Source: Gammaproteobacteria bacterium (GTDB lineage Bacteria; Pseudomonadota; Gammaproteobacteria; SG8-11). From it: a stretch of 64,000 nucleotides of DNA. The stretch covers positions 11,502-75,501 of the forward strand of contig JAHECY010000005.1 of NCBI GenBank assembly GCA_024641505.1, read 5' to 3'. Made by a program: the position numbers and the translations under genes. This document shows positions 40,692 through 52,894 of the stretch, piece after piece; the first letter of the stretch is position 1; every line of letters starts with the position of its first letter. The notes under the pieces were generated by a model. It had not been told where the DNA came from. It made no database searches and saw only the letters and a program-made list of their open reading frames with translations.

Positions 40692-41099
40692 TCAAGTTCC
40701 GGACAGCGCTTTGAGCCGGGTGGCGATTTCATCGGCCAGCACGCCCGTCCACTGGTTGTAGTTTCCGTGAATGTACTCCAGACCGGAGCGCTCCAGGTAT
40801 TTCATGTTGATACTTTCCTTGTAACGGAAGGTCACGGCGTCACCGCTGAAATCGATGACGATCTTGATCACATGCTTGCGAATCGCCAGCGTCGCCACCA
40901 GCGCGTTGTTCTCCACTTTACCCGGCTGCCACCCCCGATAGTCCATGGCCGCCAATATCAGTTCCCGCACCTGATCCTTGTGCGCAGCCGCCGGCAATGG
41001 AATCGCGGCGGGGTCCTGCAACAGGGTCGCGCCAGTCACCGCAAACCAGCATAGCAGCGCAAACAGCGCTGGAAATATTCGTGTACGATACGTTTGCAT
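40692..41099 (-). CDS. Conserved exported hypothetical protein
   Basis: Signal-like N-terminus; RGW...ATLAIRKH...Y..S.NM.Y...IHGNYNQW recalls a widespread small lipoprotein family. Start moved to ATG 41099. Confidence 0.7.
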   Translation of the reverse strand: MQTYRTRIFPALFALLCWFAVTGATLLQDPAAIPLPAAAHKDQVRELILAAMDYRGWQPGKVENNALVATLAIRKHVIKIVIDFSGDAVTFRYKESINMKYLERSGLEYIHGNYNQWTGVLADEIATRLKALSGT

Positions 41100-41210
41100 G
41101 CGAGTATCAGGCACCAGAAACCGAGATTGACGTAGAATCATTGCTTAATAACCCGGTCTTCGTCAATTGACCTGGCACCGCCTTGAGGTCCACGCCACGC
41201 ACCTGCCGAA

Positions 41211-43328
41211 TCAGCCGGCATTGCGCAGCAACAGGGTGCCCTGGGCGCTGACCGCTTCCGCTTCCAAAGCAGGCGTCAGGCGCGTATAGACACCATCCCG
41301 ACCCAGGATCCAGGCCTGACAGTTGTCCCGCAGGTTCAACTCAAGGTCACTGATGATACGATCGCGCAGCTTTTTCGGTTCGACCGGAAACGCTACTTCC
41401 ACACGGCGAAAGAAATTACGTTCGATCCAATCGGCGCTGGCGCAGAACACATGGGGATCGCCATTATTGTGGAAATAATATACACGCGGATGCTCGAGAA
41501 ACCGGCCGATAATGGAACGCACCGTAATATTTTCCGAAATACCCGGCACGCCGGGCCGCACCGCGCACATGCCGCGCACGATCAAGTCAATCTTCACGCC
41601 CGCCATCGATGCCCGGTACAAAGATTGGATGATTTGCGGCTCCACCAGTGCGTTGACTTTGACAATGATATGCCCATTACCGCCCTGTTGTTGATACTTG
41701 ATTTCACGATCGACATAACTGAGCAGGGTTTTATGCAAAGTAAACGGCGACTGCAACATTTTCTTGGATTCTGAAAACCGACCCAGGCTCGTCAATTGCC
41801 AGAACACCTTGTGCACATCCTCGCCCAACACTTCATCGCTGGACATCAAGCCATAGTCGGTATAGACGCGAGCGGTGCGCGAATGGTAATTACCGGTGCC
41901 CAAATGCACATAGTTACGCAGACGCTTACCCTCGCGCCGGATCACCAGAATCATCTTGGCATGGGTCTTAAATCCCACCACACCATACACCACATGGGCC
42001 CCGGCTTCCTGCAACCGCGTGGCGAGATTGATATTGGCTTCCTCGTCGAAGCGCGCGCGCAATTCGATGACCACGGTCACTTCCTTGCCTTTCTTCGCCG
42101 CATCGACCAGAGCATCGACGATCACCGAGCCGGAATCGGTGCGGTACAGGGTTTGCTTGATTGCCAGCACCTTCGGGTCGCGCGCCGCCTGTCGGACAAA
42201 CTCCACCACCGGCAGAAATGACTCATAGGGATGGTGTAACAGAATGTTTTGTTTACGCAACACTTCGAAGATACTGCCGGCGTTTTCCAGTTTCGGTGGA
42301 ATCCCCGGGGTGAACGAGGGATACACCAGATCCGGCCGATCCACCAGATCGGCGACGCTGAGCAGGCGATTGATATTCACCGGACCGTCGACCATATACA
42401 GGTCTTCCGGCTGCAGCCGAAATCGTCCCTGCAGGTACAACGCCAGGTCTTCCGGGCAATTGTCCGCCATTTCCACGCGCACGGTATCGCCATAACGACG
42501 CGCCGCCAGCTCCCCTTCCATGGCGATCAACAGATCATCCACTTCCTCCGCATCCACGAACAATTCGCTGTTGCGGGTAGCGCGGAACTGATAGCAACCC
42601 TTCACCGTCATCCCGGGAAACAATTCGTTTACGTAGGAATGGATTATCGATGACAGAAACACAAACCGGTAACCCACTTTGGCGATATCACCGGGAATTC
42701 GAATGATGCGCGGCAAGGCGCGAGGCGCCTGAATGACCGCCATGCCACTGTTGCGTCCGAAAGCATCCTTACCCTGCAGCGCGACGATAAAATTCAAACT
42801 CTTGTTCAGAATGCGCGGGAAAGGATGTGCCGGATCCAGACCGATAGGACTCAGCAGCGGAAACACTTCCTGCTGAAAATACTCCTGCATCCATTTGCTT
42901 TCCTCATCCGTCCAGTCGCCGCGACGAATGAAATGAATATTTTGTGCGGCCAGCTCAGGGATCAGCAGCTCATTCAAGACACGATACTGTTCCGCCACCA
43001 GACTGTGCGCTTTGGCAGCGACCACATTCAGCACATCCTGGGGCGTCATATTGTCGGGTCCGGCATGCACCGAACCCAAGGCCGCCTTTTGTTTCAGGCC
43101 GGCAACGCGGATCTCGAAAAACTCATCCAGATTGGTACTGGAAATACACAGGAAGCGCAGCCGTTCCAACAGCGGCGTGGCGCTATCCTTGGCCTGTTCC
43201 AGCACCCGCCGGTTAAATTCCAACAAGCTCAGTTCACGATTGATATAAAGATCCGGTTGTTTGAGATCCGGTTCAGGCACCGCGGACATTTCGATTTCCG
43301 TACTGATTTTAGGATCCAGACTTGGCAT
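41211..43328 (-). CDS. ppk1: Polyphosphate kinase 1
   Basis: INRELSLLEFNRRVL, LLHHPYESF, IKQTLYRT, ELRARFDEEANI, KTHAK and GRFLEHPR. Confidence 0.98.
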   Translation of the reverse strand: MPSLDPKISTEIEMSAVPEPDLKQPDLYINRELSLLEFNRRVLEQAKDSATPLLERLRFLCISSTNLDEFFEIRVAGLKQKAALGSVHAGPDNMTPQDVLNVVAAKAHSLVAEQYRVLNELLIPELAAQNIHFIRRGDWTDEESKWMQEYFQQEVFPLLSPIGLDPAHPFPRILNKSLNFIVALQGKDAFGRNSGMAVIQAPRALPRIIRIPGDIAKVGYRFVFLSSIIHSYVNELFPGMTVKGCYQFRATRNSELFVDAEEVDDLLIAMEGELAARRYGDTVRVEMADNCPEDLALYLQGRFRLQPEDLYMVDGPVNINRLLSVADLVDRPDLVYPSFTPGIPPKLENAGSIFEVLRKQNILLHHPYESFLPVVEFVRQAARDPKVLAIKQTLYRTDSGSVIVDALVDAAKKGKEVTVVIELRARFDEEANINLATRLQEAGAHVVYGVVGFKTHAKMILVIRREGKRLRNYVHLGTGNYHSRTARVYTDYGLMSSDEVLGEDVHKVFWQLTSLGRFSESKKMLQSPFTLHKTLLSYVDREIKYQQQGGNGHIIVKVNALVEPQIIQSLYRASMAGVKIDLIVRGMCAVRPGVPGISENITVRSIIGRFLEHPRVYYFHNNGDPHVFCASADWIERNFFRRVEVAFPVEPKKLRDRIISDLELNLRDNCQAWILGRDGVYTRLTPALEAEAVSAQGTLLLRNAG

Positions 43329-43423
43329 AAAGGCATGCGATTCTAAATGATGGTTTTCATAGCGACGTCGCTAAACATAATCCCAGACTTCCAATCATGT
43401 TACCTGATATTTCCCGAACTATG

Positions 43424-43441
43424 ATGACATTTTTGTGACAG
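43424..43441 (-). promoter_or_regulatory. Pho box upstream of ppk1
   Basis: Minus strand CTGTCAC-AAAA-ATGTCAT, a 7-4-7 direct repeat matching the PhoB consensus, about 95 nt upstream of the ppk1 start. Confidence 0.75.
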
Positions 43442-43482
43442 AGAAGCAGTAAGGTGCCGGCACAGGCTCTCGCCAAAGCGTA

Positions 43483-44022
43483 TCATGGAGCGGTTTTGAG
43501 CAATTTACTCTCCCGCAAGACCTTTGGTCTCGCCACTTCGATCAGCTTGCCCTTGCCCCGATCCAGTTGCCGCCATTCATTTTCCACTGTGACATGAGCA
43601 ACATTGGCGGTGGTCATCAATTTACCCTGCTTGGTTAAGGGTATCGGATCTGCCACCAGAAAATTGAGTAAATGTTCCAAACCGGGATTGTGCGCGACGA
43701 TCAGCAGGCTGCCATGGGCATTGCCATGCTCATGAATAATACTCACCAGCGTGGAGCGATCCGCGAGATACAGTTTTTCCAGAAACTGAATCCGGTCCCG
43801 AGATACTCCCCAGGCGTCGCACAAACCCTCGATGGTGGATTTAGCGCGCAGCGCCGGCGATGCCAGAATCGCACCCGGCATGATGGCTTTCGCCTTGAAC
43901 CAGTCGGCGACCACCGGCAAATCCTGGACGCCGCGCTTCGCCAGCGGTCGGTCAAAATCCTTCAGCGCATCATCTTTCCAGGACGATTTCGCGTGGCGCA
44001 TCAAAAACAGATTTCTTGGCAT
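43483..44022 (-). CDS. sixA: Phosphohistidine phosphatase SixA family
   Basis: LMRHAKSSW, DFDRPL, SPALRA and VAHNPGL. Start moved to ATG 44022. Confidence 0.88.
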   Translation of the reverse strand: MPRNLFLMRHAKSSWKDDALKDFDRPLAKRGVQDLPVVADWFKAKAIMPGAILASPALRAKSTIEGLCDAWGVSRDRIQFLEKLYLADRSTLVSIIHEHGNAHGSLLIVAHNPGLEHLLNFLVADPIPLTKQGKLMTTANVAHVTVENEWRQLDRGKGKLIEVARPKVLRESKLLKTAP

Positions 44023-44033
44023 GCTTTTCCCTC

Positions 44034-44924
44034 TCAATGCCGGGTCCGCGGTACAACCGGCGAGACTTCGGCGGCGAATAACTGTTCCACATCAACGCGA
44101 TCAAAATCATACCGTTGATTGCAGAATTCGCAATGTACGGTAACCGCACCCTCTTTTTCCAGCACCTCATCGACGTCTGCGATACCCAAAGCACGTAACA
44201 TATTGCGCACCCGCTCGCGAGTACAGTTACATCGGAAACTGATCGGCTGCAACTCGAATAAACGCAGGTTTTCCTCATGATACAGGCGATACAATAAATC
44301 CGCATTGGGCAATGTCAGCAACTCTGTCTCGGTCAGAGTCTGCGCCAAACGCGTAACCCGATCCCAGGCATCGGGGTCGGGACTGTCACCGGGCATTTTC
44401 TGCAACAATACGCCCCCGGCGCAGGCGCCATCGGCAGCCAGCCACAGCGTAGTTGCTAATTGCTCCGACTGCGTCAGGTAGTTCTGCAGCATTTCCGCCA
44501 CGGTGTCACCGCTCAGGGGCACGATGCTCTGATAGCGATGTGCCGACTCGCTCTGGTCGATGGTGATCACAAACTTGCCATCGCCCACCAGTTCCTTGAA
44601 ACTGCCCTGCGTGACTTCCTGCCAATGGGCGATGCCCCGCAAGGTATGTTCATGGGTATACTCCACCACCATCAGGGTAATCGGCCCACTGCCCTGTACC
44701 TGCAAGGTCAAAGAACCACGGTATTTGATGGTGGACGCCAGCAGCGCCGCCGCCGCCAACAATTGCCCCAGCAAACCGCGAATCGGTTCCGGATAGGCAC
44801 GACGTTCCAATATCGCTTCCCAGGCGGCGTTCAAATGCACCATGCCGCCGCGCACGGGAAAATCGTCGAAAACAAACCGCTGTAATAGGTCTTTGTCCAT
44901 CGGCCCGTGTTCTGTATCAGGCAT
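44034..44924 (-). CDS. hslO: Redox-regulated chaperone Hsp33
   Basis: DLLQRFVF, LTLQVQGSGP and Zn site CNC...CEFC. Confidence 0.96.
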   Translation of the reverse strand: MPDTEHGPMDKDLLQRFVFDDFPVRGGMVHLNAAWEAILERRAYPEPIRGLLGQLLAAAALLASTIKYRGSLTLQVQGSGPITLMVVEYTHEHTLRGIAHWQEVTQGSFKELVGDGKFVITIDQSESAHRYQSIVPLSGDTVAEMLQNYLTQSEQLATTLWLAADGACAGGVLLQKMPGDSPDPDAWDRVTRLAQTLTETELLTLPNADLLYRLYHEENLRLFELQPISFRCNCTRERVRNMLRALGIADVDEVLEKEGAVTVHCEFCNQRYDFDRVDVEQLFAAEVSPVVPRTRH

Positions 44925-44954
44925 GAGTGAAATTACGCGACAATACGCCGCGCA

Positions 44955-46385
44955 TTACTGAAGTTTTTTACGCAACAAATCGTTTAATTGCTGCGGATTG
45001 GCTTTACCCTTGCTGGCCTTCATTACCTGCCCCACAAAGAAACCGAAAACTTTTTCTTTTCCCGCCCGGTACTGTTCAACCTGCTGCGGATTGGCGGCGA
45101 TAATCTCATCAATCAGCACCTCAATGGCACCGCTATCGGTGACTTGACGCAAGCCCTGATTTTCGATGATCTCGTCCGCGTCACCGGCGCCACCCCACAT
45201 CGCCTCAAACACCTGCTTGGCGATCTTGCCGGATATGGTGTTGTCGTCGATGCGCTTGATCATACCCCCCAGCTGCTGTGGCGTAACCGGGCTGGCGCCG
45301 AGTTCGAGTCCGGCACGATTCAAGGCGCCAGACAGCTCGGTAATGATCCAGTTGGCGGCAAGCTTGGCGCTGCCGCCGGCGTCCAGGGTGCGCTCGAAAT
45401 AGTCGGCCAGTTCCCGGGAAGATGTAAGAATACCCGCATCGTATTCCGAAACAGCAAAAGTTTCGATAAACCGCCGCCGTTTGGCGTCAGGCAACTCCGG
45501 CAGACTGGCGCGCACGGTATTCAAAAAAGCATCGTCCAGCGCCACCGGCAGCAGATCCGGGTCCGGAAAATAGCGGTAATCCATCGCTTCTTCCTTGCTG
45601 CGCATGGCGCGGGTCTGGTTGTTGTCGGCGTCGTATAGGCGCGTTTCCTGCACTACCTTGCCGCCACTTTCCAGGATATCGATCTGGCGCTCCACTTCGA
45701 TATTGATGGCTTTTTCCACGAAACGAAACGAGTTGATGTTCTTGAGCTCGGCACGCGTACCGAATTCGCGCTGCCCCTTGGGACGCACGGACACGTTGGC
45801 GTCGCAACGGAAAGAACCCTCCTGCATATTGCCATCGCAGATTTCCAGATAGCGCACCAGGGAGTGAATTTTTTTCATGTAAGCCACCGCTTCCTGCGCG
45901 GATCGCATATCCGGTTCGGAAACAATTTCCAGCAGCGGCGTACCGGCGCGGTTGAGGTCGATACCGGTCATGCCGTGGAAATCTTCATGCAGCGACTTAC
46001 CCGCATCCTCTTCCAAATGCGCCCGGGTCACGCCAATGGTTTTATGGGTGCCGTCTTCCAGTTCGATCTGTACCTTGCCGCCGGCCACGATCGGCAATTC
46101 ATACTGGCTGATCTGGTAACCTTTGGGCAAATCCGGATAGAAATAATTCTTACGTGCAAATATCGACCGATGCGCAACGGTGGCGCCGATCGCCAAACCG
46201 AACTTCGCGGCCATGCGCACCGCCTCTTTGTTTAACACCGGTAACACGCCGGGCAGACCGAGATCGACGGCACAGGCCTGAGTGTTCGGTGCCGCGCCAT
46301 AGGCGGTGGCGGCGCCGGAAAAAATCTTGCTGCGGGTCTGCAACTGGGCATGGATTTCCAAACCGATTACCGTTTCCCATTCCAT
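44955..46385 (-). CDS. gatB: Asp/Glu-tRNA amidotransferase subunit B
   Basis: [33 protein letters not shown] and YRYFPDPDL. Confidence 0.99.
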   Translation of the reverse strand: MEWETVIGLEIHAQLQTRSKIFSGAATAYGAAPNTQACAVDLGLPGVLPVLNKEAVRMAAKFGLAIGATVAHRSIFARKNYFYPDLPKGYQISQYELPIVAGGKVQIELEDGTHKTIGVTRAHLEEDAGKSLHEDFHGMTGIDLNRAGTPLLEIVSEPDMRSAQEAVAYMKKIHSLVRYLEICDGNMQEGSFRCDANVSVRPKGQREFGTRAELKNINSFRFVEKAINIEVERQIDILESGGKVVQETRLYDADNNQTRAMRSKEEAMDYRYFPDPDLLPVALDDAFLNTVRASLPELPDAKRRRFIETFAVSEYDAGILTSSRELADYFERTLDAGGSAKLAANWIITELSGALNRAGLELGASPVTPQQLGGMIKRIDDNTISGKIAKQVFEAMWGGAGDADEIIENQGLRQVTDSGAIEVLIDEIIAANPQQVEQYRAGKEKVFGFFVGQVMKASKGKANPQQLNDLLRKKLQ

Positions 46386-46408
46386 GATATCTGTTACCTT
46401 CGCTGCGC

Positions 46409-47866
46409 TTACCGGGCAAATGCCGGCGGAACTTGTTGGTGCCAGCCGGTCATTTGCTGGTATTGGTGCGCCACGTTAAGCAGACGCGCCTCCTGAAAAT
46501 AGTTGCCAATGAGCTGCAACCCCACCGGGCGGCCCGCAACAAACCCCGCGGGCACCGACATGCCGGGCAGACCCGCCAGATTTACCGCGATCGTGTAAAT
46601 ATCGGACAAATACATCGTGACCGGGTCCTCAGTACGCTCGCCGAGATTGAAAGCAACGGTAGGGGATGTCGGCCCCATGATGACATCCACCTGCTTGAAG
46701 GCATGCACGAAATCTTCACTGATCAACTGCCGCAGTTGCTGCGCCTTCAAATAATAAGCATCATAGTAACCGGCCGACAATGCATATGTTCCAATCATAA
46801 TGCGGCGTTTGACTTCCGCGCCGAAACCCTCACCGCGCGAGCGCCGGTACAAATCGAGAAGATCCGCAGGCTCCTGGCAGCGATAACCAAAACGCACGCC
46901 GTCGAAACGGGAGAGATTGGAAGAACATTCCGCCGGCGCCACCACATAGTAGGTCGGCACCGACAGCTTGCTGTTGGGTAGCCGGATATCCACCAGCACC
47001 GCGCCACGCGCCTCGAACGCCTTGAGAGCGTCGCGAATCACCTGCTCCACACCGGCATCCAACCCCTGCTCGAAGAATTCCACCGGCACGCCGATTTTCA
47101 AACCGCGAATGTCGCGATCAAGCGTGGCCTGATAGTCGGGCACCAACCGTTCCAGACTGGTGGAATCCCGGGCATCAAACCCCGCCATCACCTGCAGCAG
47201 CATGGCGCAGTCGCGTGCGCTGCGCGCCATCGGTCCCGCTTGGTCGAGACTGGACGCGAAGGCGATCATGCCATAACGGGAAACCAGTCCATAAGTGGGC
47301 TTCAATCCGGTAATGCCGCACAAGGCCGCCGGCTGGCGAATGGAACCGCCGGTATCGGTGCCAGTGGCCACGGGCGCCAAACCCGCCGCCACCGCCGCCG
47401 CGGAGCCGCCGGACGAACCACCGGGCACCGCCGCCAGATCCCAGGGATTTTTCACCGGGCCGTAATAACTGGTTTCATTGGACGAACCCATCGCGAACTC
47501 ATCCATATTGGTTTTGCCCAACACCACCATATTGGCCTGGTAACACCGGGTCACCACCGAAGCGTCGTAAGGCGCAATGAAATTGTCCAACATGCGTGAC
47601 CCACAACTGGTACGGATACCATCGGTGCAGAAAATATCTTTATGGGCAATGGGAATGCCGGTAAGCGGTCCACCACGACCAGACCGCAACAAGGTATCCG
47701 CCGCCGCCGCCTGAGCCAATGCTTTCTCCGGCGTAACCGTAACATAACTATTGATTTCTTTATCGAAACGCGCGATGCGGTCCAGATACATCTGGGTCAA
47801 TTCCACGCTGGTGAACTGTTTAGCGTGAAGCCCGGTGGCAAGCTCGGCAAGGGTCTTGTTCTGCAT
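46409..47866 (-). CDS. gatA: Asp/Glu-tRNA amidotransferase subunit A
   Basis: [21 protein letters not shown] and [12 protein letters not shown]. Confidence 0.99.
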   Translation of the reverse strand: MQNKTLAELATGLHAKQFTSVELTQMYLDRIARFDKEINSYVTVTPEKALAQAAAADTLLRSGRGGPLTGIPIAHKDIFCTDGIRTSCGSRMLDNFIAPYDASVVTRCYQANMVVLGKTNMDEFAMGSSNETSYYGPVKNPWDLAAVPGGSSGGSAAAVAAGLAPVATGTDTGGSIRQPAALCGITGLKPTYGLVSRYGMIAFASSLDQAGPMARSARDCAMLLQVMAGFDARDSTSLERLVPDYQATLDRDIRGLKIGVPVEFFEQGLDAGVEQVIRDALKAFEARGAVLVDIRLPNSKLSVPTYYVVAPAECSSNLSRFDGVRFGYRCQEPADLLDLYRRSRGEGFGAEVKRRIMIGTYALSAGYYDAYYLKAQQLRQLISEDFVHAFKQVDVIMGPTSPTVAFNLGERTEDPVTMYLSDIYTIAVNLAGLPGMSVPAGFVAGRPVGLQLIGNYFQEARLLNVAHQYQQMTGWHQQVPPAFAR

Positions 47867-47886
47867 AGTTATCGCCCGGTTCCCTG

Positions 47887-48174
47887 TTATTCGATGACTT
47901 TGGGCACAAGATAGAGGCCATTTTCTACACTGGGCGCATGTTGTTGAAAATGTTCCCGCTGGTTATCCTCGGTCACTACATCCTCACGCAAGCGCTGCAC
48001 GGTATCCAGCGGGTGCGCCATCGGCGTCACCTGCGAAGTGTCCACAGCACTCATCTGCTCGACTAATTCCAGAATATTAGACAGGTTTCGCGCATAATCC
48101 GGAATACTCTCGTCGTCAATCTGCAACCTGGCCAAATGGGCAATGCGTTCCACGTCGGCGCGCGATAAAGACAT
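47887..48174 (-). CDS. gatC: Asp/Glu-tRNA amidotransferase subunit C
   Basis: [19 protein letters not shown] and YLVPKVIE. Confidence 0.98.
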   Translation of the reverse strand: MSLSRADVERIAHLARLQIDDESIPDYARNLSNILELVEQMSAVDTSQVTPMAHPLDTVQRLREDVVTEDNQREHFQQHAPSVENGLYLVPKVIE

Positions 48175-48461
48175 AGTAATAGGGCTCCAAAAAAAAGCTA
48201 AACATTATCATAGGCTCTGCCGTTAAACTACGGCAAATAAATTGCATTAGAAACACCCGGAGCCCATCAACTCCGGCTCAGGGGCCTTGGAGCGTCAAAT
48301 TCACGACCCTTGCACCGACAAAACAGGCAGAATTTATTGTACGAGGTAGCAACGACAGCCCATTGAGCGTAGCACGGCGCAAGTAAAGAAATCCGGACCG
48401 ACCCTTGCAGCCGACTCTAAGCTCGCTCATAATCCTGCCGGTTGCTTAATTACTTTTTTAA

Positions 48462-49541
<1,080 letters not shown>

Positions 49542-49627
49542 CCCGAGTTTAAACCACGGCATTCCACCCGATGACAAGCACACCATTGCTTCGGGGCGCT
49601 GACCGCTCTTCATGACGGAGGTATCCC

Positions 49628-50539
49628 ATCAAGCAGCTATTTGCGCAGGGTCCCACGATTACCGCGCGCATGATCGTATTGATCATCGCGTCCGTTGCCA
49701 TGATGTCGGTCGATCATCGATCGCAAAATTTGCAATTCCTCCGTGCGGCAATCTCGATTTTCGTGTTACCGGCTCAGTACCTGGTTAATATCCCGGTCGA
49801 AGCCGGCTATTGGGCCGGCGAAAGCCTGCAGTCGCGTGGCCAGCTGGAAGACGATAACGCACAGCTGAAAATGCAAAATACCCTGTTGAAAACCCAGCTC
49901 CAGAAACTCAACGCGATTGAGGCGGAAAACCAGCGGTTACGGCAATTATTGCGTTCCTCGAAGCGTGTCGGTGAAAAAATCCTGATCGGCGAGGTAATCG
50001 CCGTCGACCTTGACCCCTTCTCCCGGCAGTTGGTGCTGAATAAAGGCATTGATGCCGATGTCTTCGAAGGCCAGCCAATCCTGGATGCCGACGGCGTAAT
50101 GGGCCAAGTGGTTCATGTGGCGGCGTTCAACAGCATCGCCATGCTGATCACCGATCCCAATCATGCCATTCCGATTCAAGTAAACCGTAATGGGTTGCGG
50201 GCCATTGCCGTGGGCACCGGCAATCAGCAGCAGTTGGATATCCCGAATTTGCCCAACAACACCGATATCAAGGAAGGCGACCTGTTGATCACCTCCGGTC
50301 TGGGCGGCAGATTCCCGCCGGGCTACCCGGTGGCGCGCGTAACAAAGGTCGAAACCAATCCCGCCGAAGCGTATGCCAGGATTACCGCGGAACCCACGGC
50401 GAAACTGGACCGTAACCGCGAAGTGCTGATGGTGTGGCCGGAAAGCCGGCTCAACAAGCCCGACCTGACCCAGGTGCCGGCTGAAGACAGCGCCGACGGC
50501 AGTCCGCAGAAGACGCCAGCACAGGCCACGACCCCATGA
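49628..50539 (+). CDS. mreC: Rod shape-determining protein MreC (probable non-canonical ATC start; first in-frame ATG at 49670)
   Basis: TM, coiled coil, LNKGIDA, TSGLGGRFPPGYPV; GGAGG SD 6 nt before an in-frame ATC. Confidence 0.95.
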   Translation: MKQLFAQGPTITARMIVLIIASVAMMSVDHRSQNLQFLRAAISIFVLPAQYLVNIPVEAGYWAGESLQSRGQLEDDNAQLKMQNTLLKTQLQKLNAIEAENQRLRQLLRSSKRVGEKILIGEVIAVDLDPFSRQLVLNKGIDADVFEGQPILDADGVMGQVVHVAAFNSIAMLITDPNHAIPIQVNRNGLRAIAVGTGNQQQLDIPNLPNNTDIKEGDLLITSGLGGRFPPGYPVARVTKVETNPAEAYARITAEPTAKLDRNREVLMVWPESRLNKPDLTQVPAEDSADGSPQKTPAQATTP

Positions 50540-51015
50540 GATCATCCGGCTCCCTGGTTATCATATTGTCGTTTTTCATGGCCCTCACCGTGGCCATCGT
50601 GCCGCTGCCCGACTGGGCCGTCAACCTGCGCCCCGAAGCGGTGACCATGATGCTCATCTACTGGTGTCTGGCCTTACCCGAACGGGTGGGTGTGGGCATT
50701 GGCTGGCTGGTGGGACTGTTCATGGATGTCGCCAAAGGCGCGTTGCTGGGCCAATATGCCCTGTCTTTGACCATCGTGGCATGGCTTACCTTGAAATTGC
50801 ATCAACGTATTCGCGTTTTTCCACCCTGGCAACAGGCGCTTAGCGTTTTAATCCTGGTGGGCCTGGGTCAAATCGTCATACTGTGGGTCAAAGGGATCAT
50901 CGGTCAATCTCCCCAGAGTTGGACCTATTGGTTGCCCGCGGTTACCAGCAGCATACTGTGGCCCTGGTTTTTTCCGCTCATGCGCCGGGTAAGGCATTAC
51001 TACAAAGTCAGCTAG
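50536..51015 (+). CDS. mreD: Rod shape-determining protein MreD
   Basis: LRPEA...LIYWCL.LPERVG and GLFMDV..GALLG. Confidence 0.96.
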   Translation: MRSSGSLVIILSFFMALTVAIVPLPDWAVNLRPEAVTMMLIYWCLALPERVGVGIGWLVGLFMDVAKGALLGQYALSLTIVAWLTLKLHQRIRVFPPWQQALSVLILVGLGQIVILWVKGIIGQSPQSWTYWLPAVTSSILWPWFFPLMRRVRHYYKVS

Positions 51016-51022
51016 TGTTTCG

Positions 51023-52894
51023 ATGCGTGTACAAATCACCATTAAAGATCATATTCGCGAAGGTCAGCTGTTCACCAACCGGGCGGTGGCATTCGTCATC
51101 CTGTGTACCGCCCTGGTGCTGGTGATTATTTCACGCCTCGCTTATTTACAAATCATCAGCCATGAACATTTCACCACCTTATCGCAGAATAACCGGCTCA
51201 ATGTATTGCCCATCGAGCCGATTCGCGGGCTCATCTATGACCGTAACGGCGTAGTGCTTGCCCAGAACGTACCGATCTACAATCTCAAGATTACGCCGGA
51301 ACAGGTGTCGGATCTGCCCACAACCTTGAACAAGCTCGCAGAATTGGTGGAAATCACTCCACAAGATCTGGAACGCTTTCAAAAATTACGGAAGCAAAAC
51401 CGGTCATTCAAGGCGCTACCCTTGCGTTACCGGCTCACCGACCAGGAAGTAGCCAAATTTGCGGTCAACCGACATCGTTTTCCCGGCGTGGATATCGAAG
51501 CGGAATTGAGCAGGCATTACCCCCTGGGCGACCTGGTGGCGCATTCCGTGGGCTATGTGGGCCGAATCGACGAATCTGAATTGCAGCGTGTAGATCAAGC
51601 CAACTATGACGGCACCAGCCACATCGGCAAAACCGGTGTCGAAAGATACTACGAAGACATCCTGCATGGGCAGGTTGGCCACCAGGAAGTGGAAATCAAT
51701 GCCGCTGGTCGCATACTGCGGGTGGTCAACAAGAATGCGCCGATACCCGGCCAGAACCTGCATTTGAGCATCGACGCCCGTTTGCAGAAGATCGCCCAGG
51801 ATGCGTTCGCCGACAATAACGGTGCCCTGGTGGCGATCAACGCCAACAACGGTGCGGTGCTGACATTGACCAGTCTGCCGACATTCGACGCCAATCTTTT
51901 CGTCAACGGCATTGATGCCAAAACCTACCGCGAGTTGCGGGATTCCGAAGATCATCCGTTGATCAACCGGGCACTTTACGGCCAATACCCTCCCGGCTCC
52001 ACGATCAAGCCCTTTCTTGGCCTGGCGGGTCTGGAGCATTCCGTGAACAAGGGCGGGCACGTATTCTGCCCTGGTTATTTCTCCCTGGAAGGCGACAGCC
52101 ACCGTTATCGCGACTGGAAAAAAGAAGGGCATGGCATCGTTGACCTGGACAAAGCCATCGTCGAATCCTGCGATGTTTATTTCTATGACTTGGCGGTAAG
52201 CCTCGGTGTCGATCGGATCGCGACGTTTCTCAAACAATTTGGTTTCGGTGCGCGCACCGGTATCGATATCTACGGTGAATCCACCGGCCTGATACCCTCC
52301 CGGGAGTGGAAGGAGAAAGAACGCAAAGCACCGTGGTACCTTGGGGAAACCGTAAATATCGGCATCGGCCAGGGTTACACCTTGGTGACACCGTTGCAAC
52401 TGACCTTGGCGGTGGCGACCCTGGCCAATCGGGGGCTGCGCATCAATCCCCGACTGGTATCCGGCATTCAGGACCCGTTGAGCCGGGAAATGCAGCTGAT
52501 CGCGCCGACCCTGGCCGGTAATGTGGATGTGGTCAATCCAGATAACTGGCAACAGATCGTCAGGGCCATGACCCGGGTGGTGCATTTCTACAAAGGTACC
52601 GCCAAGGGCATCAGCGCCAACCTGCAATATCAGATCGCCGGCAAAACCGGCACCGCCCAGGTATTCGGCCTCAAGCAGGATGAAGAATACAAAGAAAAAG
52701 ACGTTCAGAAAAAACTGCGGGATCATGCCTTGTTTATCGCTTTCGCCCCGGCGGACCATCCGCAAATCGCGGTCGCCGCCATTGTCGAAAACGGTGGCCA
52801 CGGAGGCTCCGTCGCAGCACCCATCATTCGCAAAATCATGGACGCCTATTTGCTCAAAGAAGGTAACCTGGCGTCAGAGGAGACCGTGAACTGA
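51023..52894 (+). CDS. mrdA: Penicillin-binding protein 2
   Basis: YPPGSTIKP (SxxK), SCDVYFY (SxD) and KTGTAQ. Confidence 0.98.
   Translation: MRVQITIKDHIREGQLFTNRAVAFVILCTALVLVIISRLAYLQIISHEHFTTLSQNNRLNVLPIEPIRGLIYDRNGVVLAQNVPIYNLKITPEQVSDLPTTLNKLAELVEITPQDLERFQKLRKQNRSFKALPLRYRLTDQEVAKFAVNRHRFPGVDIEAELSRHYPLGDLVAHSVGYVGRIDESELQRVDQANYDGTSHIGKTGVERYYEDILHGQVGHQEVEINAAGRILRVVNKNAPIPGQNLHLSIDARLQKIAQDAFADNNGALVAINANNGAVLTLTSLPTFDANLFVNGIDAKTYRELRDSEDHPLINRALYGQYPPGSTIKPFLGLAGLEHSVNKGGHVFCPGYFSLEGDSHRYRDWKKEGHGIVDLDKAIVESCDVYFYDLAVSLGVDRIATFLKQFGFGARTGIDIYGESTGLIPSREWKEKERKAPWYLGETVNIGIGQGYTLVTPLQLTLAVATLANRGLRINPRLVSGIQDPLSREMQLIAPTLAGNVDVVNPDNWQQIVRAMTRVVHFYKGTAKGISANLQYQIAGKTGTAQVFGLKQDEEYKEKDVQKKLRDHALFIAFAPADHPQIAVAAIVENGGHGGSVAAPIIRKIMDAYLLKEGNLASEETVN

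Noticed and set aside
48393-48409. Sigma54 promoter upstream of mreB (CCGGACCGACCCTTGCA)
   Set aside because: GG-N10-GC spacing is present, but the -24 element lacks the GGCAC core, so a chance match is likely.
51416-52801. 461-aa antisense ORF, and similar long shadows at 24354-25346, 27920-28840, 59113-59937, 38477-39229 and 7834-8574
   Set aside because: They lie opposite well-supported genes, show no recognisable motifs, and are expected from codon bias in GC-rich DNA.
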